DNA of 64,000 nt from positions 5,332,001 through 5,396,000 of the forward strand of contig NC_047071.1 in assembly GCF_902459465.1 (NCBI RefSeq), given 5' to 3'. The stretch comes from Asterias rubens (taxonomy: Eukaryota). The translations under genes were made by a program, and so were the position numbers. Numbering within the stretch: position 1 is the first letter of the stretch; each line of letters starts with the position of its first letter. Under the pieces are notes generated by a model. That model worked only from the letters and a program-made list of their open reading frames with translations. It was not told where the DNA came from and searched no databases. Positions 12,352 to 25,574 of this stretch are shown here, piece after piece.

Positions 12352-13285
12352 GTTGTTGCTCTGGTGGGTTCGGGTTGTGTCACTACCGTAGTATATCCAG
12401 GGTGACGACTTCACTGTGATGCCAGATTGTCCAATAATGGCACACTAGGTGCTTCAACAGCCCCACCTCCTATAGCTGAAATAAATCAAAATCTACTGCA
12501 TAATTTCTTCCTGTGGGTGTGCATTTCTTTAACGCTCTATGTGTTTTTTGTTGTTTTTGTGATTTGACCCCGCTCTACTGGATCACAAGCGACCCGCTCA
12601 CAATCGACTGTGGATGTGAGACTCGCTCAAGTTTCAATTGGTTTAGTACGGTATACATGAGCGAATGAAGTCACGAAGTGTTCAAAGGGATGTGACGTTG
12701 TAGTTCGAGTGAAGTACGAGGTTTGAACCTGCAGTCAAGTTGTTGACAACTGTTAAAGCAGTTGTGGAAGTTATGAAAGAAGTAGCATGAAATGTCAAAG
12801 TGTTTTTTTGTGTGTATGTTTTTGTGTGTGTGTGGTTTTTTTTTGGGGGGGGGGGGGGGGGGGGGGGGAGAGCGGACAAAATGATCGCAGGGAGTGTTTT
12901 GTGTTATCATAGTCGTGAGTTAGAGGCCTTGAATAGGTTTGGTAAATGTCAAATACAAGTATTCTCACTTGTAGGCCTATCCCATTTTTAACAAACATGA
13001 GAGTCATATTGGTCAACAAATTGCAAGAGAATAATGAACGAAACATCACCGTTGTTGCATAACTCTGTGTGCTCTCATATGCAACACAAAAGGCTTTCAG
13101 CTGAGTCTATTATTATTATTATTCATTGAGTAAGACATTACCTCTTTCTCAAAAACTATGTTACTTTAGAGGGAGCCGTTTCTCACAAGTGTCGACAGCT
13201 CTCCATTGCTCGCCACCAATTACGTTTGTATGCTAACAATTATTTTGAGTAATATTATTTTTTTACCGATAGTGTCCATGCCTTT

Positions 13286-13658
13286 AGAGACAGTGGACAC
13301 TATTGGTAATTGTCAAAGACTAGTCTTCACAGTTGGTGTATCTCAACATATGCATAAAATAACAAACCTGTGAAAATTTGAGCCCAATCGGTCATCGAAG
13401 TTGCGAGATAATAATGAAAGAAAAATAACCCTTGTTACACGAAGTTGTGTGCGTTTAGATGGTTGATTTCGAGACCTAAATCTGAGGTCTCGAAATCAAA
13501 TTCGTGGAAAATTAATTCTTTCTCGAAAACTATGGCACTTCAGAGGGAGCTGTTTCTCACAATGTTTTATTCCATCAACCTCTCCCCATTACTCGTCCCC
13601 AAGAAAGGGTTTTATGCCAATAATTATTTTGAGTAATTACCATTAGTGTCCAGTGCCT
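13286..13658. mobile_element. Kolobok-like MITE (same family), abutting a partial copy at 13145-13283
   Basis: Ends ACAGTGGACACTATTGGTAAT…ATTACCATTAGTGTCCAGTGCCT|TTAA. Confidence 0.75.
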
Positions 13659-14117
13659 TTAACAACAGTTGTGGAAGTTGGACAGTCATTGCCTGAACAT
13701 CATGTGCACATACTTGTACGAAAGTAGCCCATTTTGTCATGATAAAGTCACCTAGAAGTGGTACTTTGGCACAATAAAGCTTTTATCACTTAAATATGTG
13801 TTTTGATGAGTGGAATATGAATAAACAGTTAACTAAGGTTCCAACAAATTAGTTTCCATTTTATTCACAAATTTTAAAGTTGCCCGACCACGAGAGTGTT
13901 TTACTGCACATGGCTTCAAAAGACGTCGGACCGGACCACTTCGCAAACTGACCCCATCTTTAGTTGTTTTGCTTCATCCAGCAGCAATCTGGTCGACATT
14001 GCCGGGAAAATGCAAGAAAACAATTTTGTTTCGAAACGTACAAACTCACGACTAGGACTTGCATGTACTTGCACGTACGTGTGTTCGATGTTCGATCGAG
14101 GAAAAGTCTGCCTCGAC

Positions 14118-14125
14118 TGACGTCA
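14118..14125. promoter_or_regulatory. Full CRE palindrome TGACGTCA in a GC-richer patch upstream of NCKX
   Basis: Motif only; function not demonstrable from sequence. Confidence 0.2.
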
Positions 14126-14794
14126 CAAAAGGGGTAGGCGGAGTCACCCCAACAACTTTATATATTTTTTATGAATTAACCAACCTTTCATTGAAATTCG
14201 GGTGGTGCAGGAAAAATAGTGAAAAACTGAAAAAGGAGAAAATACAACTAACAATAGTCAAGCAATAGATACACATGTTGTTACCGTATACCAATTATAC
14301 ATTGATACCTTACCACTCAATGCCTTAAATTCTATGTACACTGTATATGTAATAAAGGATATTCAATACACTATTTGAAGTTTGGGGGTGAGTGGGTCAA
14401 AACAATTTTTGGGGAAAAATCTACTACGAATTGACCATAAGTAAACATTGAGGCGACTCAATTCGATACTTAACCCATAATCGTGACCCAGTGGATGGAT
14501 GTTGAGAGAAACTTTAGCAACGTAAGTCGTAAGTTTTTATTAATAAAATAAAAATGCAAAAAGTATGTCAAATATATTAAATTTAAATGAAATTACTTTG
14601 CAATAAAAAAGTTCATTACAATAAAGTGTAGTTGTCCATGATAAACACAAAACACAAAAAATGAAAAAACAGCAGCAATGAATAAATCAAATTAAAAATG
14701 CTATGTAAAAACCAATAAAATAATAAAGGAGGTATACATTTTAGAATTTTGTTTTATTAATAGTATTCGGTTTCTCAAAATGCCGGTACCATCA

Positions 14795-14934
14795 GGGGTC
14801 GATTTCACAGAGAGTTAGGCCTAGTCCTAACTTAGGACATAGTTCTTGGAGATATAAGAAACGTATGGCTAGTCCTAAGTTAGGACGATTAACTCTTCCT
14901 AACCCGAGACAAGATCTTTGTGAAATCCACCCCA
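14795..14934. mobile_element. Short MITE
   Basis: GGGGTCGATTTCAC…GTGAAATCCACCCC termini, internal AGTCCTAACTTAGGAC repeats. Confidence 0.6.
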
Positions 14935-15197
14935 GCTTCAATAACTTGCATGGGCTAATTCCTTTTTAAATATCAAGTCGGTTTAGTAATTAGAACATAT
15001 TTCTTTACCGTTTTGCCAAAGCCAGTATTGGCATGATTGGCCCCGAAAAGGTTTTCTATATGACACCATTTTGACAAAAATGGTGTGCAGCTACAAAACC
15101 AGTATTGGCTCAAAGAGAGGTTTTCTGCCTGTTTTCCTGTTGATGGAACATTTTCAAAGCGTCTACCTTGCATCTTCAAAGCGTCTAACCAGCGAAT

Positions 15198-17513
15198 TTG
15201 GACTCTACGCCACCCATTTACATAGACAATACTGACATAGAACGTGAACTTATGGGCATAGACACTTCTAAAGCTTGTGGCCCAGACAACTTACCAGGCT
15301 TTATTTTGAAGTCATTTGCAACTATAATATGTAGCCCTTTGTCTTATCTTTTTAAAAGATCTCTATGTGAAGGTCAGTTTCCTGCATGTTGGAAAATTGC
15401 TAACATTGTCGCTATTCACAAATCCGGTAAAAAACAGAATGTAGCAAATTATAGACCAGTATCTTTGTTACCACTTGTTTCTAAAGTGTTTGAAAGGGTT
15501 TTGTGTACACAACTTGTACGTCATGTCCAGCCTGCTATCTCTGAACATCAGCATGGATTTGTACCTGGAAGGGATTGCACCACCAATCTTACTGCATTAT
15601 TACAGGAAGCTTATTCTGCAGTTGATCGGAGGGGGCAGCTGGACGTCATGTTCACTGACTTTTCGAAAGCTTTTGATCGGGTTGATCAAAAACTTCTTAT
15701 TCACAAACTTGCTTCATATCACATACATCCCCAATTACTAATTTTACTGCGTAATTATTTAAGTGAAAGGAAACATCGAGTAGTTGTTGATGGGGAATGC
15801 TCTAACTGGTATCCAGTTTTTTCAGGTGTACCTCAAGGTTCTGTACTTGGTCCGGTCTTATTTACATTGTTTATAAATGATTTGCCATCATGTCTCACAA
15901 ACAGATCTTTACTATTTGCAGATGATATGAAGGTTTTCCGTCAGGTTTTTAATGATTCCGATTGTGCTTCTTTACAGTATGATTTAGATAAAATACATTC
16001 CTGGTGTGCAACCTGGAAATTGCAACTTAACTTGAAGAAATGTTCTGTAATGAGTGTGACACTAAAAAAGAAGCCATGTTTGTTCAATTACACGATTTCT
16101 GATTGTATTTTAAACCGTGTTTCCACCCAGAAAGATCTTGGTATTTTTATAGATAGCAAACTTAATTTTGTTAGCCATGTTACTCATGTAGTGAAGAAAG
16201 TTAATCGCATGATTGGTCTAGTGTAGCGAAACTTCAGATGCTGTAAAAATGAACGTGTACTTCGAACCTTGTATTGTTCTCTTATTAGACCTCGATTGGA
16301 GCATTGTACTCTTGTTTTTAACTCAATTTCTCAATCACAATCTGACCGACTAGAAAGACTACAAAGGCGTTACTTGTTTTTTATGTACAAAGTTCTTCAC
16401 AACAACAATCAAGGTGATGTTACTTATTTGGAAATGTGTAAATTATTTAGCTTACCAACTCTTGCCCAGAGGAGAACAGTTAACGATTGCTTGTTCCTCT
16501 ACAAACATATCCACAGCAAGTATAAATTAACCACTGCTAATCCTTTCAGTTTTCATGTTCCAGAACGTCGTACTAGATCAGCTTCCAAGCACATCATGCA
16601 TGTTCCCATGAGCCGAGTTGATGTTACCAAAAAAGGGTTTGTTTCCAGAGTTTCGTCTTCATACAACCAGCTTCATGAATCATGCGATGTGTTTGGGGCT
16701 AAAACATTAAACTGTTTTCGCAGACAGCTAATTAAATTTGCTAAATAATATTTTTTATTTAATATTTAACTGTGAACATCTCATGTGCAGCTGCTGGTCA
16801 GTTGTAACTTCATCAAATTGCTTTGTAAATCTGAGTGTTTTTATTGTGTTTGTTTGTTCGTTGGGGTGTTTGTTGGTGTGTTTGTGTTTAAGTTGTTGTN
16901 NNNNNNNNNNNNNNNNNNNNNNNNNNNNNNNNNNNNNNNNNNNNNNNNNNNNNNNNNNNNNNNNNNNNNNNNNNNNNNNNNNNNNNNNNNNNNNNNNNNN
17001 NNNNNNNNNNNNNNNNNNNNNNNNNNNNNNNNNNNNNNNNNNNNNNNNNNNNNNNNNNNNNNNNNNNNNNNNNNNNNNNNNNNNNNNNNNNNNNNNNNNN
17101 NNNNNNNNNNNNNNNNNNNNNNNNNNNNNNNNNNNNNNNNNNNNNNNNNNNNNNNNNNNNNNNNNNNNNNNNNNNNNNNNNNNNNNNNNNNNGTGTGTTG
17201 TTCTGTTTGTGTATTCTTACTTCATGTGTTTGTTTTAATGTCCGATGTGTGTTTGTGTACTTGTTGGTATTCCCTGGTCTGTTTGATGTGGGTTTCGGTG
17301 TACTATTTTTGTCTACTTATAATAATGTTTTTATCAATGTTTAATTTTTAATGTTATATATTGTTGTATTTATATTGTATTTAAATTTATTTAAATTTAT
17401 ATTTATATTCATATTTAAATTTATATTTTTACATAGTTTTTAACGATTCCTGTAAGTGGCGGCTTTCCGCTGTTGGATATCAATAAATAAAAAAATAAAA
17501 TAAAATAAAATAA
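15198..17513 (+). mobile_element. 5'-truncated non-LTR retrotransposon (CR1/L2 group): RT domain plus C-terminal region, 3' UTR and (TAAAA)n tail
   Basis: RT motifs QHGF, DFSKAFD, GVPQGSVLGP, LFADD in 15198-16226. Same-frame continuation 16227-16748 (LYCSLIRPRLEHC) after a single TAG at 16224-16226. A-rich tail 17482-17513. The 3' UTR contains an N gap. Confidence 0.92.
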
Positions 17514-17514
17514 G

Positions 17515-17780
17515 TAGAGGTCAACATGGGGTCGCGGAAACTGGAACAAGTTTGAAATAGGTTGTATAGGTCTTGAGATCTGGTCCCAATTCAGGTTGAC
17601 CCGAAAATAGAGGTCAACATGGGGTCACGGTTTTCCAAAGTAAAAATTTAAAAGGAGTCTATAACTGAAACAAAAAATGAAGATTGATTGTGTAGTATAA
17701 CTGAAACAAAAAATGGGCCAACTTCCGGTTGACCCGGAAGAATACTTCTTGAGATATGGCGCTCTACTAAGATTTACTAA
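17515..17780. repeat. Dispersed repeat fragment, related copy at ~63260-63370
   Basis: Shared GAGGTCAAC(A/T)TG(G/A)GGTCACG…AGTCTATAACT…TACTTCTT(G/A)AGATATGG. Confidence 0.55.
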
Positions 17781-18333
17781 TTAAATATGCAAATGAAGAT
17801 CACAAGGTTAATTAATTAATAATTTAAAACAAAATTACGTTTAGAGTAAAGCTTATTTTCAAGCTTCAATTTTATATAAGATTTAACTCTTTTATCTTTA
17901 GACTTTATACACCCCCCCCCTAAATTCAGAACTTTATATAGTACTTTTTTCGCTTTGGATTCAATTAATACGTGCCTCTCCGTTTATTATAAGGAAATAT
18001 TTGTATAATACTTTACCTAGCCTTTTATAAAACGTGTTGAGTGCGTCCCGGTCTGTGTTTGTCCATCACATTCATGATGCACATAATATCTGTTTTCCAT
18101 CAAAACGGTTTTTGTGTGGTCATAATGTTCTCACCTCCGGGTCTGTTTACACAGGGCTATACTTGTGTGATTTCAGATTTCCCCTAACACACAAAACTAT
18201 CGGTAGAGACTCTTGTTCAAAAACATTTCCCTTCACTGAATATAAATATTTGTATTTCCCCGGCATACACCATTTCCGGAAGACGACAACCAATTGTGGG
18301 ACATAGATAACCCTTCCACACCCTCTCCTACCC

Positions 18334-18366
<33 letters not shown>

Positions 18367-18598
18367 CTTTTTAGAAAGAGCTGATTAATTTGATGTTTGT
18401 TGCGTTCCCCCTTACATAGTTATAAAATGGTACTAAAATGTTTGGCAAGTCAGTCAACCCGCTGGTGAGTGTAATTTATTCCTCCATGGTGGTGTGAACT
18501 AGAAAATAACAACAACTAATATCCACAATCTACACAATCATAGGTTTTGAAGTAGGCCTGCACCGACCGGACGCAAAATTCGGATATCCCAAAATCCC

Positions 18599-18720
18599 AT
18601 CACCGATCCCTAAAGTTGACTGATTGCAAAAAGCCACCTCCGATCCCTTAAGTTGACCGATTGCAAAAAGCCATCACCAATCCCTAAAGTTGACCGATTG
18701 CAAAAAGCCACCACCGATCA
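18599..18720. repeat. 37-bp minisatellite x3, with degenerate CCGATC motifs to ~18910
   Basis: Unit ATCACCGATCCCTAAAGTTGACCGATTGCAAAAAGCC. Confidence 0.8.
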
Positions 18721-21189
18721 CTAATCAACGGTCGTGAATATGCATGGCCGATCGCTATATACCATCACCGATCATGAATATGCATGACCGATCGCTAAAA
18801 TGGACCACCGATCGTGTTTTATCACCGCTCGCTAAAGTTAATCACCGATCGCATAGGACCACCACTGATGAACAATTGGATCACCGGTTGCAAAAGACCA
18901 TCACCGATGATTAAATGCCTCTTTGGCGTTCCATACTCTATGCGTTACTTATTAACATGTTATTATATTTCTGAATAATTACAACAGAAAACAATAAATT
19001 AATTACCTTATTTCATATTCCACCACCCACCAACAGCACACGTTGACACGGACTAATAACCTGACGTTCTTGTTGCTGCATGCTGCAGACGAGAGGGAAA
19101 GTTACGAACCGCGCGGGCGATATTTGCGCGACAGTGAAAATGACACGCTATTTTGCGAAAATGGTTTTTGAACAGTGTAAATAACTGTGCTGAATTGCAA
19201 TGCTGCGCGACCATCGCGCACTAAACAATATCGGCGCGAAACCGGCCTGACCCGGGGGGGGGGGGGGTGCGAGTGTGTTCTGGCTGTTCTGTTAATCGTC
19301 CTCACCGTACTGATTAATGACAGCACTGTTTACAGACTACCTCCAAGGTTACAAGCGGCGCCCATGTTTTCCAAAAGTTGAAACAGGAATTTATTCTGGT
19401 ATTAAATTTAATAATTCAGAAATTCAGAAATTCAAAATACACAATAATTCACAACCTCTTGATAGGGAGGAAGGGTCGGTGGCACTCGACCGAACGTTGT
19501 ACGAGTAAGTTCTGTATCAGGCGCTTGTATTGTGCCCGCCTTCGGAGCCAATTCAATTAGTATTTTTCTCACACATTAGTCGACCAATTTGTCATTGCTA
19601 TGTCAGACTTGTCATTTCATATTTTGGAGAGAAACAAATTAGTCAATCAGTACTCTGTATCAACTAATCTACGGACAAAATTAGAAATAACAAATTCGAA
19701 TTAGTCTTTAAAAAATATTGATTAGTAATTTCATTAGCTCAATTAGTAAAAGTGTTTCCTATTAGGTAGTTCGGATTGAAAAATTAGTCATGAATGGAAA
19801 GACTGATTTTTATTGCGTAGTTGACTAATTTTTTCTCCAAATTTACTACTAGATGTTTTCAGTGTATGGTGCCAGAGCTATTACAAGTTATGTTATTCAA
19901 GATGGCGTCGGCGGCCATTGTGAATATTGCGCAATAAAACAAAAGTTCCTATCACATTTCAGAGGTTCATAGGGGCTTATTTTCTTTTTAGATGGTTCCT
20001 GAAGTCAAATCCATCGAGAAAAAAAGGTAGCAAAAAAATTGCCACGGAATCCAAAGATATGACCCTACTATAAATACTATTCTTTTACTCATTTCCTAAA
20101 AACTATGCCATTTCAAGCAAAACTATTTCAAGGGAAGTTTTCTACTATGACCATCTTTGTACCATGTAAGTTTTGTGCAAATCTGTGAGCATTTATATTT
20201 TCATTGTTACCAATGTTGTACACACCCTTTAACCATATATAAAACAGTACAATTATTTGTCAGTAGTCAAAGTCCACTTGTGAAAGAAAGACATCATCAT
20301 GGCCAATCTAACATTATTAAACTGTGTAAGTTTTAACTGTATTTGATACGCTTTCAGTGCAAAATCTGTTAGCACCCCCAAAACGTGTGCAATGAGCATG
20401 TAATTCCAACATATGGTTCTGTATACTCAATTTCCATAATATTGCGTCTAAACTGTGTTAAATTAAACTTTTTAACAAACAAATTCCTCTATGGAATGTA
20501 CCTCTTAGAGTTATTGTTGGCAGCAATTGAAGTTGTGTTCAAGATTTTGCACTGAAAGGGCATACAAAATTACAGGTTTTCACGTAAAATTAGAGACTTG
20601 TGATACTTGTTTACTTTCATAATTGTTTCACTGTCGATAAATTTGACCTTAAATACCGCTTTATTAAAGTCCAGTCATCACGGTGTGTACTGTAGGTGGG
20701 ACTAATGGGTTGTTAAAACAACTTTTTAACTTTGCAAGTTGGGAAAAAAAATCTTTTGAAGTTTGTTTAATAATGTTAAACAATTTTTGAGATTCAGTAG
20801 TTATTCAGCAGATTGTTCTCAAAGGAACTGATGGTTAACAAAGTTGCTTCAGTTGGAGTTGTGTTGGATTTGCAATAAATTTACAGTGACTAATTATAAC
20901 AGAAGTGTGTAAAAGACTAATTATTGGTATTCTCAGACTAATTGAAAGACTAAAAAGTTGTGCTGCATGACTAATTAATTTTCTTGGATGACTAATTTAA
21001 TTTCGTGTATTACCAATCCCCAGATCAATTAGTCATTTTGAACCATTTTCAACTACAAACTATAATTTGTCATTTCAGTGTGTATTGTCTAATCTTTTGA
21101 TTGAGTGACCAATTAAAGATTAGTCAAATTAAACCATGTAAATGACTTTTTGTTTTTAGACAATTGACTAAGTGATGTTTTCAGTAAAC

Positions 21190-21506
21190 GTATGCATAAT
21201 ACTACATACCTGTGAAAATTTGAGCTCAATTGGTCGTCGAAGTTGGGAGGTATGAATGAAATAAAAAACACCCTTGTCACACGAAGTTGTGTGCTTTCAG
21301 ATGCTTGATTTCGAGACCTCAAATTCTAAACTTGAGGTCTCTAAATCAAATTCGTGGAAAATTACTTCTTTCTCAAAAACTACGTCACTTCAGAGGGAGC
21401 CATTTCTCACAATGTTTTATACTATCAACCTCTCCCCATTACTCGGAACCAAGTGAGGTTTTATGCTATTAATATTTTGAGTAATTACCAATAGTGTCCA
21501 CTGCCT
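21190..21506. mobile_element. Left-truncated Kolobok-like MITE
   Basis: Family body and right TIR ATTACCAATAGTGTCCACTGCCT|TTAA. Confidence 0.7.
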
Positions 21507-22365
21507 TTAAAAGAAATTGACCATGAATGGACCCCCAAGTAAACATTACGGCAATTCAAGTCAACACTTACCCGAACGCGTGGCTCAACTGAAGGAAATG
21601 GTTGAAGCAAAAGCGCGCCCTTGAACCAGTCTGGGCAGCATGCAGTTGGTTTCTGAACTCAACCAGAAGGGATAAAGCTTTATGAGTGAAATTTGTGCTA
21701 TGAATACATGCCCGTATAAGATCAATCACACGTGAGGACAAAAAATGAATACGATTAAATCTGTTCACTGATTGTACTTTTAAGGTGATATACAGGTTAG
21801 GTAGAGCTGACAGAACAACCACAGGCAGTGTTCATTAAAGTACAGTTTTCTCGAGTTAAGCTTCATTTCAGAGAAAAATATTTTGCCGAAATAAACTGTT
21901 CAAGTGTGAACTTCATTATTAGTAAGCTTTCAGCCAAAAATCTAACAATGGTATTTTCGGTACCCTTTATCAAAATTTGGTATTATACCTTTTAAAGGCA
22001 GCGCATACAGTATTCTATTTACGGGTGCCACCCGTATCCTACACCGACCCGCATGTTTATCACATCGATAATCAAAATGTTGATGCGATTTCAATTTCAA
22101 AGTAATGGAATTCCAATTTTTATTGGGCCTAGATTTCAGAAACGCATATAATTAACTAGCCAAAGTAGATTAATCTCTGTTCATAATGAAAAGGTAGTCT
22201 AGCAGTGTAAAAGCCATGCAGCTATAAATTTCTTCCAACCTACTGTTTTCCGTATATAAAAGGAAGTCGATTGTAGGTTTTGAAATTTTGCATGGTGGAA
22301 TAGGCCTAAAGTAAAACCAGTATTTGTCGAGTATAGTGTTGGTTCTGAAAAGAACCGGTGCTTAA

Positions 22366-23371
22366 AGGCAGTGCACACTATTGCATTGTCAAAGACTAGC
22401 CTTCACGGTTGGTGTATCTCAACATATGCATAAAGTAACTAACCTGGGAAAGGTTGAGGTCAATCGGTCGTCAAAGTTGCGAGATAATAATGAAAGAAGA
22501 AAACACCCTTGTCACACGAAATTGGAATTCCATTACTTTGAAATTGAAATCGCATCAACATTTTGATTATCGATGTGATAAACATGCGGGTCGGTGTAGG
22601 ATACGGGTGTCGCCCGTAAATAGACTGCTGTATGCGCTGCCTTTAAAAGGTATAATACCAAATATTGATAAAGGGTACCAAAAATACCGTTGTCAGATTT
22701 TTGGCTGAAAGCTTACTAATAATGAAGTTCACACTTGAACAGTTCATTTTGGCAAAATATTTTTCTCTGAAATGAAGCTTAACTCGAGAAAACTGTACTT
22801 CAAAACACAGCTGATTTCGGCTACAATGTGATCAATTTTCACGGTTTCACTCTTTTCTCTTGGATTTGGGGGTTGGTAATATTTGTTTTATTTGTCCAAT
22901 ATTCAAAGGTTTGTTATTTCATGTTTATTATTGGTCAGTGGTCACACAGTTAATGAACACTGCCTGTGGTTGTTCTGTCAGCTCTACCTAACCTGTATAT
23001 CACCTTAAAAGTACAATCAGTGAACAGATTTAATTGTATTCATTTTTTTTCCTCACGTGTGATTGATCTTATACGGGCATGTATTCATAGCACAAATTTC
23101 ACTCATAAAGCTTTATCCCTGCTGGTTGGGTTCAGAAACCAACTGCATGCTGCCCATACTGGTTCAAGGGCGCGCTTGTGCGTTTAGATGGTTGATTTCG
23201 AGACCTCAAGTTCTAAATCTGAGGTCTCGAAATCAAACTCGTGGAAAATTACTTCAGAGGGAGCCGTTTCTCACAATGTGTTGTACCATCAACCTCTCCC
23301 CATTGCTCGTCACCAGGAAAGGTTTTATGCTAATAATTATTTTGAGTAATTACCAATAGTGTCCACTGCCT
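22366..23371. mobile_element. Kolobok-like MITE carrying a ~660-bp insert (22521-23177) that is an inverted copy of 21611-22118
   Basis: TTAA|AGGCAGTGCACACTATTG…CAATAGTGTCCACTGCCT|TTAA. The body is interrupted at CACACGAA|…|GTGCGTTTAGATGG. Confidence 0.75.
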
Positions 23372-23403
23372 TTAACAACTCAACAGCAACAGCAACAGAG
23401 TCC

Positions 23404-23455
23404 AGAATTCTCCTGAAGACGATCAGAGCATACTGATCGAAACGTTGAGTCTTTT
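23404..23455 (+). ncRNA. Minimal type I hammerhead ribozyme motif (Penelope-like-element type)
   Basis: CTC-CTGAAGA(23413-19)-C-GATCAG/AGCATA/CTGATC-GAA-ACGT-T(23446)-GAG: core, 6-bp stem II, palindromic ACGT in place of helix III, short stem I. Confidence 0.7.
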
Positions 23456-23463
23456 TAAACACC

Positions 23464-23498
23464 GGTTCTTTTCAGAACCAATACTTACTCAAAAGAGA
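23464..23498 (+). promoter_or_regulatory. Histone-mRNA-type 3' stem-loop plus purine-rich downstream element in a non-histone repeat
   Basis: GGTTCT-TTTC-AGAACC (23464-23479), then AAAAGAGA at 23491-23498. An identical stem-loop lies on the minus strand at 22341-22356. Confidence 0.6.
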
Positions 23499-25574
23499 TA
23501 TTCACATGCTGTAATGGTAAAACAAGCGTTTTTAAGTCAAAATAAACAAAATTTAACCCATTTGTAAATACTGACTTTTTATGAACTGTCCTACTGTCAC
23601 GGTGGTATATCGTTTGTAAGAGGTAAGAGGTGAGCAGCTGAAGTAGACGGCACAAATTTGCAAAATAGTCACGACTATGGCTATCAAAACATAATGTTGG
23701 ATTAAATATACTGTTGGACAACAAGTGCAGTACGTCGCTATAGATTTTACCATAGAGTAAGGACAGAACAGTTTTAGATTTCGTAATGGTTGATCGTGGC
23801 TTTTATAGTCTACACGAAAGCCAATACATCTGTGGGGGCGTTTCGTGTGGCTGATGAAGAGGAATAACCTCGATCTCAGACTTGAAATCAAGTCTATACT
23901 TCATGTGTCGACCTACTAGGATTTTGACTTGTCTATAATAACAGTAAAATGTACCATGGAGGAATGTAATATTATAGTCCCTTGTTTATCACTGACGGAT
24001 ATGGCTGTTAAGTCATGTGATTGTGACTGTGAACAAAACAGAAGACATTGTGTTAAAGTTGTTTTGATTGAGTTGTGTGACCTATACAGTATATAATGAA
24101 AAGACGTCACTGCTACTTAAAGGGGACTTGAATACCACTAAATGCAACGGCAAATCAAACAAGATTTGGTATCCGTTTGCCATTTCAGAATAGTCATCTG
24201 AGAATTTTTTTAGATATTTTGTTAAGCCTAGCACAGTTAAAAATGAAATAAAGGTTTACTGGTAAGCTTTTTCCAGAGTAGGGGCATTGATGTCTGACTG
24301 TTGTCTTTTTCGTAGAAGTGTGCAAGTCGCCATAAAACTTTAAAAAAATTGATGCAGGGACATGCCAGGATGACTAAGATACAAACTGCATCTCTCTAGC
24401 ATTTTTAGTTCCAGAGTTATTCCAGAGCATTGCTGAAAGTTGTTAATTGTCCGGGCCTATTTTTTGTTGGTTGGGTTCCTGACTGCGCCGTGTGTTTGTA
24501 TACGTTGTATACACGCACAGTGTACGTCAATTTCTAATGGGTGCCTGCTCACGCCGTCGCATCTGGCCCCGCCTTAAAAATCGTCATAGCCCTTGAACAT
24601 GGCAATCCTGTGGTAGTAAAATTGTGAAGATTGATCATGATACTGGGATCGAAATTACCCGTTTTAAATTTTGTTTTTCAGCAATCAGCATGCTGCCATA
24701 TCAGTCGATGATGTCATCGTCAGCCAATCACCGTGCAGGAAAGCCATTTTGTCTATAGTTGACTTTTTCGTAATTTGAGATTTGGATTAACGGTGGAAAT
24801 CGCTGTATCCTGACTGAACTAGGTACGATCCGGTCTCGCTTTTAACATTTCCAGGTAGAATATGAAATAATCTATCCATACGTACTAATTGGGGACTGTT
24901 GCCGACATTCAATCAGAATGGGAACATTTTCCGTGTTTTTGTGACTTGTTTTCTCTGTTTTGAAGCAATTTTTTACGTACAAATTTCTCTTTTTAAAATT
25001 TGAGTTGCATCGATTGTTTTTATACATAACGATAGATATGCTCTTTGTTTCAATTTACTGGTAGATTATTTTGGTTGAGACTTTTCAGAAAAGGCTGAAA
25101 ATGACCGAATTCCAGAAGCCCTTTTGACTAATTAATATTCACATAGAGGTCACGCATAAAAAAACGATGCACATCCCCGCAGATAAATAACAAAGGAGAT
25201 TAGTGTACTGCGGGTAGACTGCTCTTTAGCAAATTTAGTTCCATTTATTCTATTGAAGAGTTTACTGAGTTTACTCCGGGGCCATTTTTTCCAGTGAATA
25301 TTTTTCTTTCTTTCTATTCGTCACAGTGCCGTGTGTTTGTTTAAACAATTATGTTTCCCTTGTATTATTGTATAAATAAAAGTTGTTATTTTGAACTGCC
25401 AGAGGCCAAGTTATGGAGCCCCTTGCGAATGTTGTGTAAAAACACACATTACAGATCTTACCTGATGTTCCGACATTTGCTGTGTTTCACTTTACGAGAT
25501 TGTTTAACGAAGTTTGGAATACATCCCAGATTAGGAAAATCAAGTTCAATATATCTCTCTCGCACTTCAATTAT

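Noticed and set aside
12352-12414. N-terminal extension of NCKX from 12414
   Set aside because: That codon is GTG; the first in-frame ATG is at 12351.
16738-17351. ORFs of 166-188 aa after the LINE
   Set aside because: They span the N gap and a low-complexity GT-rich 3' UTR.
19330-19375. Possible first exon ATGGGCGCCGCTTGT…G|GTAGTC (minus strand) in a GC-rich patch
   Set aside because: Weak donor and no downstream exons identifiable.
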